Assembly: GCA_963844615.1 (NCBI GenBank)
Contig: CAWJOZ010000001.1
Coordinates: 204,577 to 268,576, forward strand
DNA: 64,000 nucleotides
Source of the DNA: an uncultured Acidimicrobiaceae bacterium
GTDB lineage: Bacteria > Actinomycetota > Acidimicrobiia > Acidimicrobiales > RAAP-2
Direction of reading: 5' to 3'
Shown: in pieces, positions 10,206-18,779 of the stretch
How the letters are laid out: each line of letters begins with the position of its first letter
How positions within the stretch are numbered: the first letter of the stretch is position 1
Program-made: the position numbers and the translations under genes
The notes under the pieces: generated by a model
Database searches by the model: none
What the model saw: the letters and a program-made list of their open reading frames with translations, nothing else
Told to the model about the DNA's origin: nothing

Positions 10206-11493
10206 CGACGACGACACGAACGAGGACGAACCCACCGGACAGTTCCCGGTGGCGAGTTCCAGTGACTCTCGCGTCACGATCACCGGCGCCGAGATCGCTT
10301 CGGAAATCGCCGAGGACGCGCCGGTCGTGGACCCCGAGACGTTGTTGCCCCACTGGACCGACGCGCCCACGGGACAAGTGCCGATCGTCGTGTCGCGCGA
10401 GGGCACCAAGGACGATGACCCGTGGTCCGCGGTGCCGGCCCCGGCGTGGCGCGAGGGTGAGGCGGACTGGGTCGCTCACGAAGGACAGTTCGACGCGTCC
10501 TTCCTCGCCGGCGAGGCCAAGGTGGACGATTCGCGGCCCTGGGAGTTCAACTTGAGCGTGGAGGAGGTCGACGACGAACCGGTCGCCGAAGCGCCTCGTC
10601 CCGAACCTCAGCGCGAACAGCGCACGCGCCAGCGCGTAACCCACAATCCCTTGGCCGGGCGAGCCGTTCGCCAGACTTCGAACAGCGTGTCGCTCGCCAC
10701 CATGACGGGCGTTGGACTCGCGATCGTCGTCTTTGGCGTCTTCTTCGCGGGGCCCCTTGCGCTCAGCGTGCTGGTGCTCGTCGCCCTCGCCCTCGCCGCC
10801 GCGGAGGCCTTCGCCGGTTTTCGCAGCGTGGGAGCGCACCCCGCGACGATCTTGGGCATCGCGGCCGTGTTGACCCTGGGGATCGCCGTCTACAACAAGG
10901 GCCTGGTCGTGGTGGGCGCCGTCACGGTGCTGCTCGTGATCTTCGGCTTCATCTGGTACATGTTTGCTCCGACCAAGATCGACGTGCTCGACGGGCTGGG
11001 CGCGACGTTCTTCGTCTACGCCTGGGTGGGCGTGCTGGGCAGCTACGCCATCGTGATGCTCGCGCCCCACACCTATCCCAACCGCAACGGCATGGCCTTC
11101 GTCTTCGGCGCGCTGGCCCTGACGATCTGCAACGACGCGGCCGCGCTGTTTACCGGCCGCTGGTTCGGCAGCCATCCCCTCAACGCCGCCCTCTCGCCGA
11201 ACAAGACCATCGAAGGCACCATTGGCGGCACCATCGTCACCTTGATCGCCGGTGCGCTGTTGTTGCCGGTCATGAGTCCGTGGACGGCGACGCACGGCGT
11301 GGAAGCAGCGGTGGCGCTGTCGATCGTGGTGCCCCTCGGTGACTTGTTCGAATCGATGATCAAGCGAACCCTCGGCCTCAAGGACTTCGGTCGGCTCCTG
11401 CCCGGACACGGCGGGCTACTTGATCGAATCGACGGTCTGCTCTTTGCGCTGCCGACGATGTACTACTTGTTGCACGTCATCAAGTTGAGTTAG
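10195..11493 (+). CDS. cdsA: phosphatidate cytidylyltransferase with long acidic N-terminal extension
   Basis: C-terminal 'SPNKTIEG', 'GDLFESMIKR', 'KDFGRLLPGHGGLLDRIDG'. Start uncertain (TTG 10195 or ATG 10162). Confidence 0.92.
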   Translation: MKSDDDDTNEDEPTGQFPVASSSDSRVTITGAEIASEIAEDAPVVDPETLLPHWTDAPTGQVPIVVSREGTKDDDPWSAVPAPAWREGEADWVAHEGQFDASFLAGEAKVDDSRPWEFNLSVEEVDDEPVAEAPRPEPQREQRTRQRVTHNPLAGRAVRQTSNSVSLATMTGVGLAIVVFGVFFAGPLALSVLVLVALALAAAEAFAGFRSVGAHPATILGIAAVLTLGIAVYNKGLVVVGAVTVLLVIFGFIWYMFAPTKIDVLDGLGATFFVYAWVGVLGSYAIVMLAPHTYPNRNGMAFVFGALALTICNDAAALFTGRWFGSHPLNAALSPNKTIEGTIGGTIVTLIAGALLLPVMSPWTATHGVEAAVALSIVVPLGDLFESMIKRTLGLKDFGRLLPGHGGLLDRIDGLLFALPTMYYLLHVIKLS

Positions 11494-12662
11494 TGATGTC
11501 GCACGTGCGCCACCGGGTGGCGTTACTGGGAGCCACGGGATCGATTGGCGTCCAGACCCTCGACGTGTTGCGCCGTGAACGAGAGCGTTTCGAACTGGTC
11601 TCGATCGCCGGCGGCGAGCAGGTGAGTGATCTCGCGGGCATCGCGCGCGAGTTCAACGTGAAGCGCGTGGGCGTGAAGTCCGAGTCGCACCGCGCCACGC
11701 TGGCTGACCTGCTCGGCGGTGACGTGGAGATTCTGGTGGGCGAACACGGGCTCGAAGAACTCGCGCGCGACGCGGACGTCGTGATGAACGCGGTCTTGGG
11801 CTTCGCGGGTCTGCCCGTGACCCTGGGTGCCCTCTCGGCCGGGCGACGGCTCGCGCTCGCGAATAAGGAGTCGCTCATCGCGGCCGCACCGCTGGTGGCC
11901 AAAGTGCGCGCGACGCCCGGGGCCGAACTGCTCCCGGTCGACTCCGAGCACTGTGCGATCCATCAGTGCCTCGCGAGTTCCCCCTACGGCCTCGGCTATC
12001 CCGACGTGCGTCGACTGCTCATTACCGCGTCGGGGGGTCCCTTTCGCGGCTGGTCGAAGGAGCAGCTCAAAGGCGCAACCAAGGACGAAGCGCTGCGGCA
12101 CCCGACGTGGTCGATGGGGGCCAAGATCACGATCGACTCCTCGACCCTGATGAACAAGGGCCTCGAGGTGATGGAGGCGACCGCGTTCTTCGGCATTGAG
12201 GTCGACCGGGTCGAAGTGGTCGTTCATCCCCAGTCGATCGTGCACTCCATGGTCGAGTACATCGATGGCTCGGTCCTCGCGCAGCTTTCGAACCCCGACA
12301 TGCGACTTCCGATCGCGTACTGCCTGGGCGCGCCCGATCGACTCGATCACGGCTATGGACGACTCGACTTCACCTCGCCACTCGAGTTGACGTTCGAGTC
12401 GCCCGACCTCGACGCCTTTCGCGCACTCGCACTGGCCTACGAGGCGGCGCGTCTCGGCGGGGCGGCTCCCGCTTGGCTGAGTGCCGCCAACGAGGTAGCG
12501 GTGGAGGCCTTCTTAAAGGATGAGATCAACTGGTGCGACATCGTGCCAGTCGTGGCCGCCACCATGGATCACTATGAGGGACAGGACCTAGAAGACTTGG
12601 CGTCGCTGTACGAAAACGACGCGGTCGCTCGACGATTGGCGCACGCTAGCCTCAAAAAGTAG
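11493..12662 (+). CDS. dxr: 1-deoxy-D-xylulose-5-phosphate reductoisomerase
   Basis: 'LLGATGSIG', 'ALANKES', 'PVDSEH', 'TASGGPFR', 'HPTWSMGAKITIDSSTLMNKGLE'. Confidence 0.97.
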   Translation: MMSHVRHRVALLGATGSIGVQTLDVLRRERERFELVSIAGGEQVSDLAGIAREFNVKRVGVKSESHRATLADLLGGDVEILVGEHGLEELARDADVVMNAVLGFAGLPVTLGALSAGRRLALANKESLIAAAPLVAKVRATPGAELLPVDSEHCAIHQCLASSPYGLGYPDVRRLLITASGGPFRGWSKEQLKGATKDEALRHPTWSMGAKITIDSSTLMNKGLEVMEATAFFGIEVDRVEVVVHPQSIVHSMVEYIDGSVLAQLSNPDMRLPIAYCLGAPDRLDHGYGRLDFTSPLELTFESPDLDAFRALALAYEAARLGGAAPAWLSAANEVAVEAFLKDEINWCDIVPVVAATMDHYEGQDLEDLASLYENDAVARRLAHASLKK

Positions 12663-12664
12663 TC

Positions 12665-13906
12665 ATGGACTCTGCGTCTTCGTCGTTGCGCCAGTCTCCC
12701 TGGACGCTCTTTGTCGGCACCCTCGCCTTCGTGGGACTGCTCACGTGGCTGGTGGGGTGGGCGCTGCCGCTCGTCATCTTCTTGATCCTGTTCATGGTGA
12801 TGGGTCACGAGTTCGGTCACTTCATCACCGCCAAGCGCGCCGGACTTCTCGTCACCGACTTTTTCGTGGGGTTTGGCCCGGTGCTGTGGTCGACCCAGCG
12901 CGGTGAGACTCGCTACGGCATCCGTGCTCTTCCCCTGGGCGGGTACGTCAAAGTGCCCGGGATGACGTGGGGGGCAGCGGTGCCGCCCGATGAAGAGGCC
13001 CGCACGTACCGCGAAGCGTCGTATCCAAAGAAGGTACTCTTCGCGTCGGCCGGCTCGATCATGCACGTCATCATGGCCCTGGCCCTGGCTTGGGCGGCTC
13101 TCACCTTTATCGGCAACCCGTCGCCGACCCACGTGGGTGTGGGCTCCTTTACTCAGTGGCAGGGTCACAAGGAAACGGCCGCGCAGATAGCCGGACTCCA
13201 CGTGGGCGACCAGATCACCAAGATCGACGGCACCTCGATCACCAGTATCGATCAGCTCACCAAGATTCTGCACGGCTCCGCGGGCAAGCGCCTCACGCTC
13301 GTCGTGGAGCGCGATGGCCGCGCGCTCACCCTGCACGTGACCCCAGTGAACGGCCGAACGATCAAGGTGGGCGGAAAGCCTCTACCGGCTCACGGTTACA
13401 TCGGCATCGAGGTCACCGAACTGTCGGTGCACACCTCGCCCCTCGCCGCCATCCCCGACTCCTTCACCCAGATCGGTCACTACGTGGGCGACGCCTTCGT
13501 GGCCATCGGTCGACTGCCCGGCGAGTTCCCCAGCCTCTTCCACCAAGTGGCCGACGCCAAGGCGGCGACCAATCCGAAGAACGAAGACACTCGCCCCTCG
13601 TCGATCGTCGGAGTGGTGCGCTTCGCCGATCAGGCCGCCAACGCCGGGGCCCTGCCACTGATCACGATCCTGGCCCTGGTCAACATCTTCGTCGGCGTGC
13701 TGAACATGTTGCCCATGTTGCCCCTCGACGGCGGGTACGTCGCCATCGCCACCTACGAGCGGCTTCGCTCGCGCCGCGGCGTGCTTTATCGGGCCGATAT
13801 CAACAAGCTCGCTCCGGTCGTGTACGCCTTCATGAGCGCACTGCTGGTGCTGTTTGCCTGCACCCTCTATCTGGACATCGCCCACCCGATCGCCAACCCG
13901 TTCTGA
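12665..13906 (+). CDS. rseP: RIP/M50 family metalloprotease RseP with PDZ domain
   Basis: 'HEFGH', 'GGYV', PDZ-like 'GDQITKIDG', 'NMLPMLPLDGG'. Lies between dxr and ispG. Confidence 0.92.
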   Translation: MDSASSSLRQSPWTLFVGTLAFVGLLTWLVGWALPLVIFLILFMVMGHEFGHFITAKRAGLLVTDFFVGFGPVLWSTQRGETRYGIRALPLGGYVKVPGMTWGAAVPPDEEARTYREASYPKKVLFASAGSIMHVIMALALAWAALTFIGNPSPTHVGVGSFTQWQGHKETAAQIAGLHVGDQITKIDGTSITSIDQLTKILHGSAGKRLTLVVERDGRALTLHVTPVNGRTIKVGGKPLPAHGYIGIEVTELSVHTSPLAAIPDSFTQIGHYVGDAFVAIGRLPGEFPSLFHQVADAKAATNPKNEDTRPSSIVGVVRFADQAANAGALPLITILALVNIFVGVLNMLPMLPLDGGYVAIATYERLRSRRGVLYRADINKLAPVVYAFMSALLVLFACTLYLDIAHPIANPF

Positions 13907-13946
13907 GGGCGCACGGCGCCGACCTCGAACGCGGCAGACTAGAGGC

Positions 13947-15170
13947 ATGGAAGTCTCCTCCCGTTTGATTACCCCGCGTCGTCTCACCCGCCAGATCAGT
14001 GTGGGCTCCGTCAAAGTTGGTGGCGACGCACCGATCTCGGTGCAGTCCATGACGACGACCAAGACGGCCGACGTCGAGGGCACCCTCCAGCAGATCTACG
14101 CCCTCGCGGCCAACGGCGCTGACATCGTTCGCTGCACGTGCAACGAGCGCGCCGCGGCCGAAGGGCTCGCCCAGATCGTGCCGCGTTCGCCCGTACCCAT
14201 CGTGGCCGATATTCACTTCCACGTGGAGATGGCCCTGGCGGCCCTCGAGGCGGGGGTGAACGGGCTGCGCCTCAACCCGGGCAACCTGCGCAAGCCCGAA
14301 GAGATCAAGCTCGTCGCCAGCGAGGCCAAGGACCGCGGCGTGCCCATTCGTATCGGCGTGAACGCGGGCTCGCTGCATCCCGACATCTACGAGCGCTTCG
14401 GCGGCGCCACGCCCGAAGCGTTGGTGGAGTCGGCGCGCATCGAGTTGGCCTACTTCCAAGAGGTGGACTTTAGCGACGTCAAGATCTCAGTGAAGGCGTC
14501 CTCGGTCGCCCTCATGATCGCCGCCTATCGTCTGGCCTCAGAGACCTTCGATCATCCGCTGCACCTGGGCGTGACCGAAGCTGGTCCGCTGCCCTGGGGA
14601 CTGCTCAAGGGCACCGCGGGGATCGGCACACTGCTCGCCGAGGGCATCGGTGACACGCTGCGCTACTCACTCACCGCCGACCCCGTCGAAGAGGCGCGCG
14701 CCGGTCGTACGTTGCTCGAATCACTCGGACTGCGTGAGCGCAAGGGACTCGACCTCATCGCGTGTCCGAGCTGCGGGCGCGCCGAGATCGACGTCATCAA
14801 AGTGGCGAACGAAGCCCAGGACGCCCTCAGCGCAATGAACATTCCGCTGCAGGTCGCAGTGATGGGTTGTGTCGTGAACGGACCGGGCGAAGCGCGTCAC
14901 GCGGACTTAGGCATCGCCGCGGGTAAGCACCGAGGACATCTCTTTATCCAGGGCCAGATCATTCGCGTCGTGCCCGAAGACGAGATGGTCTCGGCCCTCG
15001 TCGAGGAGGCGACCAAGATCGTCGAAGAAGGTCTCGAGGCGCGCCTCGCCGCGCGCGACGCGAGCGCGGAAAAAGAAGCCGAAGCCGACCGGGCCGCGCT
15101 GTTGGACGATCGCGGGGTCGACGCCAACAACGCACAAGTCAAGATCGAACAGATTCGACGCCACACCTAG
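13947..15170 (+). CDS. ispG: flavodoxin-dependent (E)-4-hydroxy-3-methylbut-2-enyl-diphosphate synthase
   Basis: 'VQSMTTTKT', 'ADIHF', 'RIGVNAGSL', 'HLGVTEAG', 'IACPSCGR', 'VMGCVVNGPGE'. Confidence 0.97.
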   Translation: MEVSSRLITPRRLTRQISVGSVKVGGDAPISVQSMTTTKTADVEGTLQQIYALAANGADIVRCTCNERAAAEGLAQIVPRSPVPIVADIHFHVEMALAALEAGVNGLRLNPGNLRKPEEIKLVASEAKDRGVPIRIGVNAGSLHPDIYERFGGATPEALVESARIELAYFQEVDFSDVKISVKASSVALMIAAYRLASETFDHPLHLGVTEAGPLPWGLLKGTAGIGTLLAEGIGDTLRYSLTADPVEEARAGRTLLESLGLRERKGLDLIACPSCGRAEIDVIKVANEAQDALSAMNIPLQVAVMGCVVNGPGEARHADLGIAAGKHRGHLFIQGQIIRVVPEDEMVSALVEEATKIVEEGLEARLAARDASAEKEAEADRAALLDDRGVDANNAQVKIEQIRRHT

Positions 15171-15217
15171 ATCGGCATTTCTGGCAGTAGCCTGGTCCGA
15201 ATTCTTAAAGGAGTGCC

Positions 15218-16627
15218 GTGGCACAACAGAGTGTGCTGACCCCACAGTCCGAGGACTTCCCGCGTTGGTATCAAGACGTCGTCGCGAAGGCCGAGATGGC
15301 CGACAATGGCCCGGTGCGCGGTACGATGGTGATCCGCCCCTACGGCTACGCCATCTGGGAGCGCATGCAGGCCGAGATGGATACCCGGATCAAGGCGACC
15401 GGCGCCAAGAACGCCTACTTCCCCTTGTTTATTCCCGAGAGTTACTTCTCGCGTGAAGCCGAGCACGTGGAGGGATTTAGCCCCGAGTTGGCGGTCGTCA
15501 CCCACGCCGGGGGCGAGGACTTAGCCGAACCTATCGTGGTGCGCCCCACCTCTGAGACGGTGATCGGTGAGTTCATGGCCAAGTGGATTCAGAGCTATCG
15601 GGATCTGCCGCTGTTGCTCAATCAGTGGGCGAACGTGGTGCGCTGGGAGTTGCGTCCGCGGCTGTTCCTGCGCAGTTCGGAGTTCCTCTGGCAGGAGGGC
15701 CACACCGCTCACGCCAACTACGAGGACGCCGCGGCGTACGCCCAGCGCATTCACTACGAGGTGTACAACGACTTTCTCCTCGACGTCATGGCCGTGCCCT
15801 GCTTTATCGGCATCAAGCCGGCCAGTGAGAGGTTTCCCGGCGCGATCAACTCCATGACGGGCGAGGGTGTCATGCGCGACGGCAAGGCCCTGCAGATGAT
15901 GACGACCCATGAACTGGGGCGGAACTTCGCGAGCGCCTTCGGCATCTACTTCCAGAATGAAGCCGGTGAGTCCCAGCTCTGTTTTACGACGTCCTGGGGC
16001 GCGTCGACTCGCCTGGTCGGCGGGCTCATCATGGCCCACGGGGACGACAACGGACTGATCGTGCCGCCGCGGCTCGCCCCCACCCAGCTCGTGGTCGTGG
16101 CCGTGCGTGATGAGCCCGAAGTCAACGAGGCCTCTGAGCGAATGGCACGCGAGCTCATCGCGGCCGGGGTTCGCGTCGAGATCGATCGCGGTCGCGGTAG
16201 CTTCGGACGTCGCGTCACCGACTGGGAGATCAAGGGCGTTCCCCTGCGTCTTGAGGTTGGCCCGCGGGATCTGGCCCAAGGTCACGTCACCTTGGTGCGC
16301 CGCGACACCGGCGCCAAGACGACCCACGCCCTCAACGCGCTGGCGAGTGAAGTTCCTTCGTTGCTCGAGCGCATACAGAGCGACCTGTTGGCGCGCGCCA
16401 TTGCCCATCGCGACTCCTCAACCCAGGACGTGGCCAGCCTGGACGAAGCGCTCGAAGCGGCCACCGACGGCTTCGCTCGTCTCGCCTGGGACCTCGTCGC
16501 GGGCGAGGGCGAGAAGACACTGAACGCGCAAGCCGTGAGCGTTCGCTGCCTGCAACGCCAGGATGGTTCGATGCCGCAAAGCGAGGAGGAGGGCGGTCTG
16601 GTCTGTCTGGTGTCGAAGAGTTATTAG
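15218..16627 (+). CDS. proS: proline--tRNA ligase (short, archaeal/eukaryote-like type)
   Basis: 'WYQDVV', 'IRPYGYAIWE', 'RPTSET', 'EFLWQEGHT', 'TSWGASTR', terminal 'KSY'. No INS editing insertion. Confidence 0.96.
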   Translation: MAQQSVLTPQSEDFPRWYQDVVAKAEMADNGPVRGTMVIRPYGYAIWERMQAEMDTRIKATGAKNAYFPLFIPESYFSREAEHVEGFSPELAVVTHAGGEDLAEPIVVRPTSETVIGEFMAKWIQSYRDLPLLLNQWANVVRWELRPRLFLRSSEFLWQEGHTAHANYEDAAAYAQRIHYEVYNDFLLDVMAVPCFIGIKPASERFPGAINSMTGEGVMRDGKALQMMTTHELGRNFASAFGIYFQNEAGESQLCFTTSWGASTRLVGGLIMAHGDDNGLIVPPRLAPTQLVVVAVRDEPEVNEASERMARELIAAGVRVEIDRGRGSFGRRVTDWEIKGVPLRLEVGPRDLAQGHVTLVRRDTGAKTTHALNALASEVPSLLERIQSDLLARAIAHRDSSTQDVASLDEALEAATDGFARLAWDLVAGEGEKTLNAQAVSVRCLQRQDGSMPQSEEEGGLVCLVSKSY

Positions 16628-16752
16628 TGAACTTTTAGAGTGAGTTTTATTGCAGCGTAGTGAGGATTACTGCGGAGGTTTCCCGTTGTGACACCAGTAA
16701 TTCACTGCTACAATTGATGCCTACAGTCCGCTCAGGACGTATGGACTCGTTT

Positions 16753-16780
16753 AAGCGCGGGCCTCGGGCCCGCGCTTTTT
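16753..16780 (+). terminator. terminator-like hairpin in the rimP leader (candidate attenuator)
   Basis: AAGCGCGGGCC-TCG-GGCCCGCGCTT followed by TTT, 41 nt upstream of the rimP start. Confidence 0.7.
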
Positions 16781-16821
16781 CAATGTCTGTCGGGCCGGAG
16801 CGACAGCGAAAGGAGACGGAA

Positions 16822-17325
16822 ATGGATTGGGACGCCACGCTCCGACCGCTCCTAGAACCGCTGGGACTCGACCTCTACGATGTGGAATTTTCCTCGGGGA
16901 CCCTTGACGTGGTCGTCTTTCGCACCGGGGGAGTGGACCTCGAATCCCTCACGAAGGCCAATCGTGTGATTTCTGAGTGGCTGGACACCCACGATCCCAT
17001 CGCCGGTCGTTTCACGCTCGACGTGTCCAGCCCGGGGCTGGAGCGCCGACTGCGCACGCCCGTGCACTTTCACAGCGCCGTCGGCGAAGTGGTGACGTTG
17101 CGCGAGCTGCGTGACGATGCGCCCACCCGTCGTCTCGAAGGAACGCTGACTGACGTCACCGACTCAACACTCACGATTGACGACCACGACGCTGGCATCA
17201 TCGTCGTACCCCTCGACAAGATCGAACGCGCGCGAACTGTCTTCTACTGGGGCGCCACGAAGCCGGTCGCCAACAAGACCACCACTAAAGGTGCGCGCAC
17301 CCACTCGACGAGCAAGAAAGGCTAG
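16822..17325 (+). CDS. rimP: ribosome maturation factor RimP
   Basis: 'LDLYDVE', 'FTLDVSSPGLERRL'. RBS AAGGAG. Upstream of nusA. Confidence 0.93.
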   Translation: MDWDATLRPLLEPLGLDLYDVEFSSGTLDVVVFRTGGVDLESLTKANRVISEWLDTHDPIAGRFTLDVSSPGLERRLRTPVHFHSAVGEVVTLRELRDDAPTRRLEGTLTDVTDSTLTIDDHDAGIIVVPLDKIERARTVFYWGATKPVANKTTTKGARTHSTSKKG

Positions 17326-17327
17326 TT

Positions 17328-18476
17328 ATGGCTAACTTCGAATTTCTCGAGGCCTTGGGCCAGATCGCGCGCGACCAGAACATTGATGAGGGAGAACTCC
17401 TCGTCGCGCTCGCTAACGCCTTGCTGGCCGCCTACAAGCGCCGTCCCGACTCCGCTGAAGACGCCGAAGTCGAGATCAACCCCGAGACCGGCGAGATCAA
17501 GGTATGGGGCCTGGAACTGGACTTAGAAGGCAACGTCACGCGCGAGTGGGACGCCACGCCCGATGACTTCGGGCGTATCGCCGCCCAAACGGCCAAGCAG
17601 GTCTTGATGCAACTGATTCGTGACATCCAGCGCCGCCAAATGTACGAGGAGTTCGCGAACCGCGAGGGCGACATCGTCTCGGGCACCGTCCAGCAGAACG
17701 ACAACCGCTACACGCTGCTCGACCTCGGTCGGGTGGAGGCGCTGTTGCCCCAGGCCGAGCAGATCGCCTTTGAGCGCTACGAGCACGGCGCGCGCATCAA
17801 GGTGTACATCGTCGAAGTGCGCAAGACCAACAAAGGCCCCCAGATCGTGGTCTCTCGAACCCACCCGGCCCTCGTCGCCAAGCTCTTCGAGATCGAAGTG
17901 CCCGAGATCGCCAGTGGCATCGTCGAGATCAAGGCGCTGGCGCGCGAACCCGGTCACCGCTCCAAGATTGCGGTGGCCTCGAACGACCAGATGATCGATC
18001 CTGTCGGGGCCTGCGTGGGGGCGCGCGGTTCGCGCGTGCGCAACATCACCAACGAACTGCGCAGCGAGCGCATCGACGTCGTGCCCTACAGCGACGATCC
18101 CGTCGAGTTCATCCAGTCGGCCCTGCAGCCGGCGCGCGTGCGTGAGGTGCGACTCGACGAGGTCGAAGGCATCGCCACGGTCATCGTGCACGAGCAGCAG
18201 CTGTCCCTCGCGATCGGCAAGGAGGGCCAGAACGCCCGCTTAGCCGCCCGACTGACGGGGTGGCGCATCGACATCCGCTCGGAGAACGAGGGCCAGGAAG
18301 AAGTGGTCGAAGAGGTCTGGACCGACGGTGACCAGGTCGTCGACGAGACAGTGGCCGTCGTGGTGGGTGACGAGGGTGACGCAGTCGCCGTCGTGTCCGA
18401 TACGGTGATCACCGACGCCGAGGGCGACGTGGCCGAAGTGGTGGTCGTAGAGACAGTGGTGGAGGACGAGGCATAG
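17328..18476 (+). CDS. nusA: transcription termination/antitermination factor NusA
   Basis: 'FGRIAAQTAKQV', S1 and KH motifs 'AREPGHRSKIAV', 'GACVG', 'LSLAIGKEGQNARLA'. Acidic low-complexity tail. Confidence 0.98.
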   Translation: MANFEFLEALGQIARDQNIDEGELLVALANALLAAYKRRPDSAEDAEVEINPETGEIKVWGLELDLEGNVTREWDATPDDFGRIAAQTAKQVLMQLIRDIQRRQMYEEFANREGDIVSGTVQQNDNRYTLLDLGRVEALLPQAEQIAFERYEHGARIKVYIVEVRKTNKGPQIVVSRTHPALVAKLFEIEVPEIASGIVEIKALAREPGHRSKIAVASNDQMIDPVGACVGARGSRVRNITNELRSERIDVVPYSDDPVEFIQSALQPARVREVRLDEVEGIATVIVHEQQLSLAIGKEGQNARLAARLTGWRIDIRSENEGQEEVVEEVWTDGDQVVDETVAVVVGDEGDAVAVVSDTVITDAEGDVAEVVVVETVVEDEA

Positions 18477-18718
18477 CCCCGACTCGCACGTGCGTGGTGT
18501 GCCGTCGCCGTCGTCCTGAAGCGGAGTTGCTTCGTCTCGGACGTGACGCATCGGGCACCTGGTACGTGGGTCGCGGTGACGGGCGTGGCGTGTGGTGGTG
18601 CGCGGATGGCTGTGGGAGCAGCGTGCGTATTTCCCAAGTGGCGCACGCGCTTCACGCGAGCGTGAGCGAGGCGGACATGGCCGTCGTGCGCGACCTTGCG
18701 GCCGGGAAAAGGCCGTAG
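18473..18718 (+). CDS. ylxR: YlxR/DUF448 family protein (probable ATA start)
   Basis: 'PTRTCVVCRRRRPEAELLR', 'GRGVWWC'. Lies between nusA and infB. The first canonical start (GTG 18494) falls inside the CxxC motif. Confidence 0.8.
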   Translation: MAPTRTCVVCRRRRPEAELLRLGRDASGTWYVGRGDGRGVWWCADGCGSSVRISQVAHALHASVSEADMAVVRDLAAGKRP

Positions 18719-18779
18719 TTGTGAAAGAATAGGAAACTGTGCCCGCCGAATGTGCGGGGACGCGAAGTAAGGGAACGTT

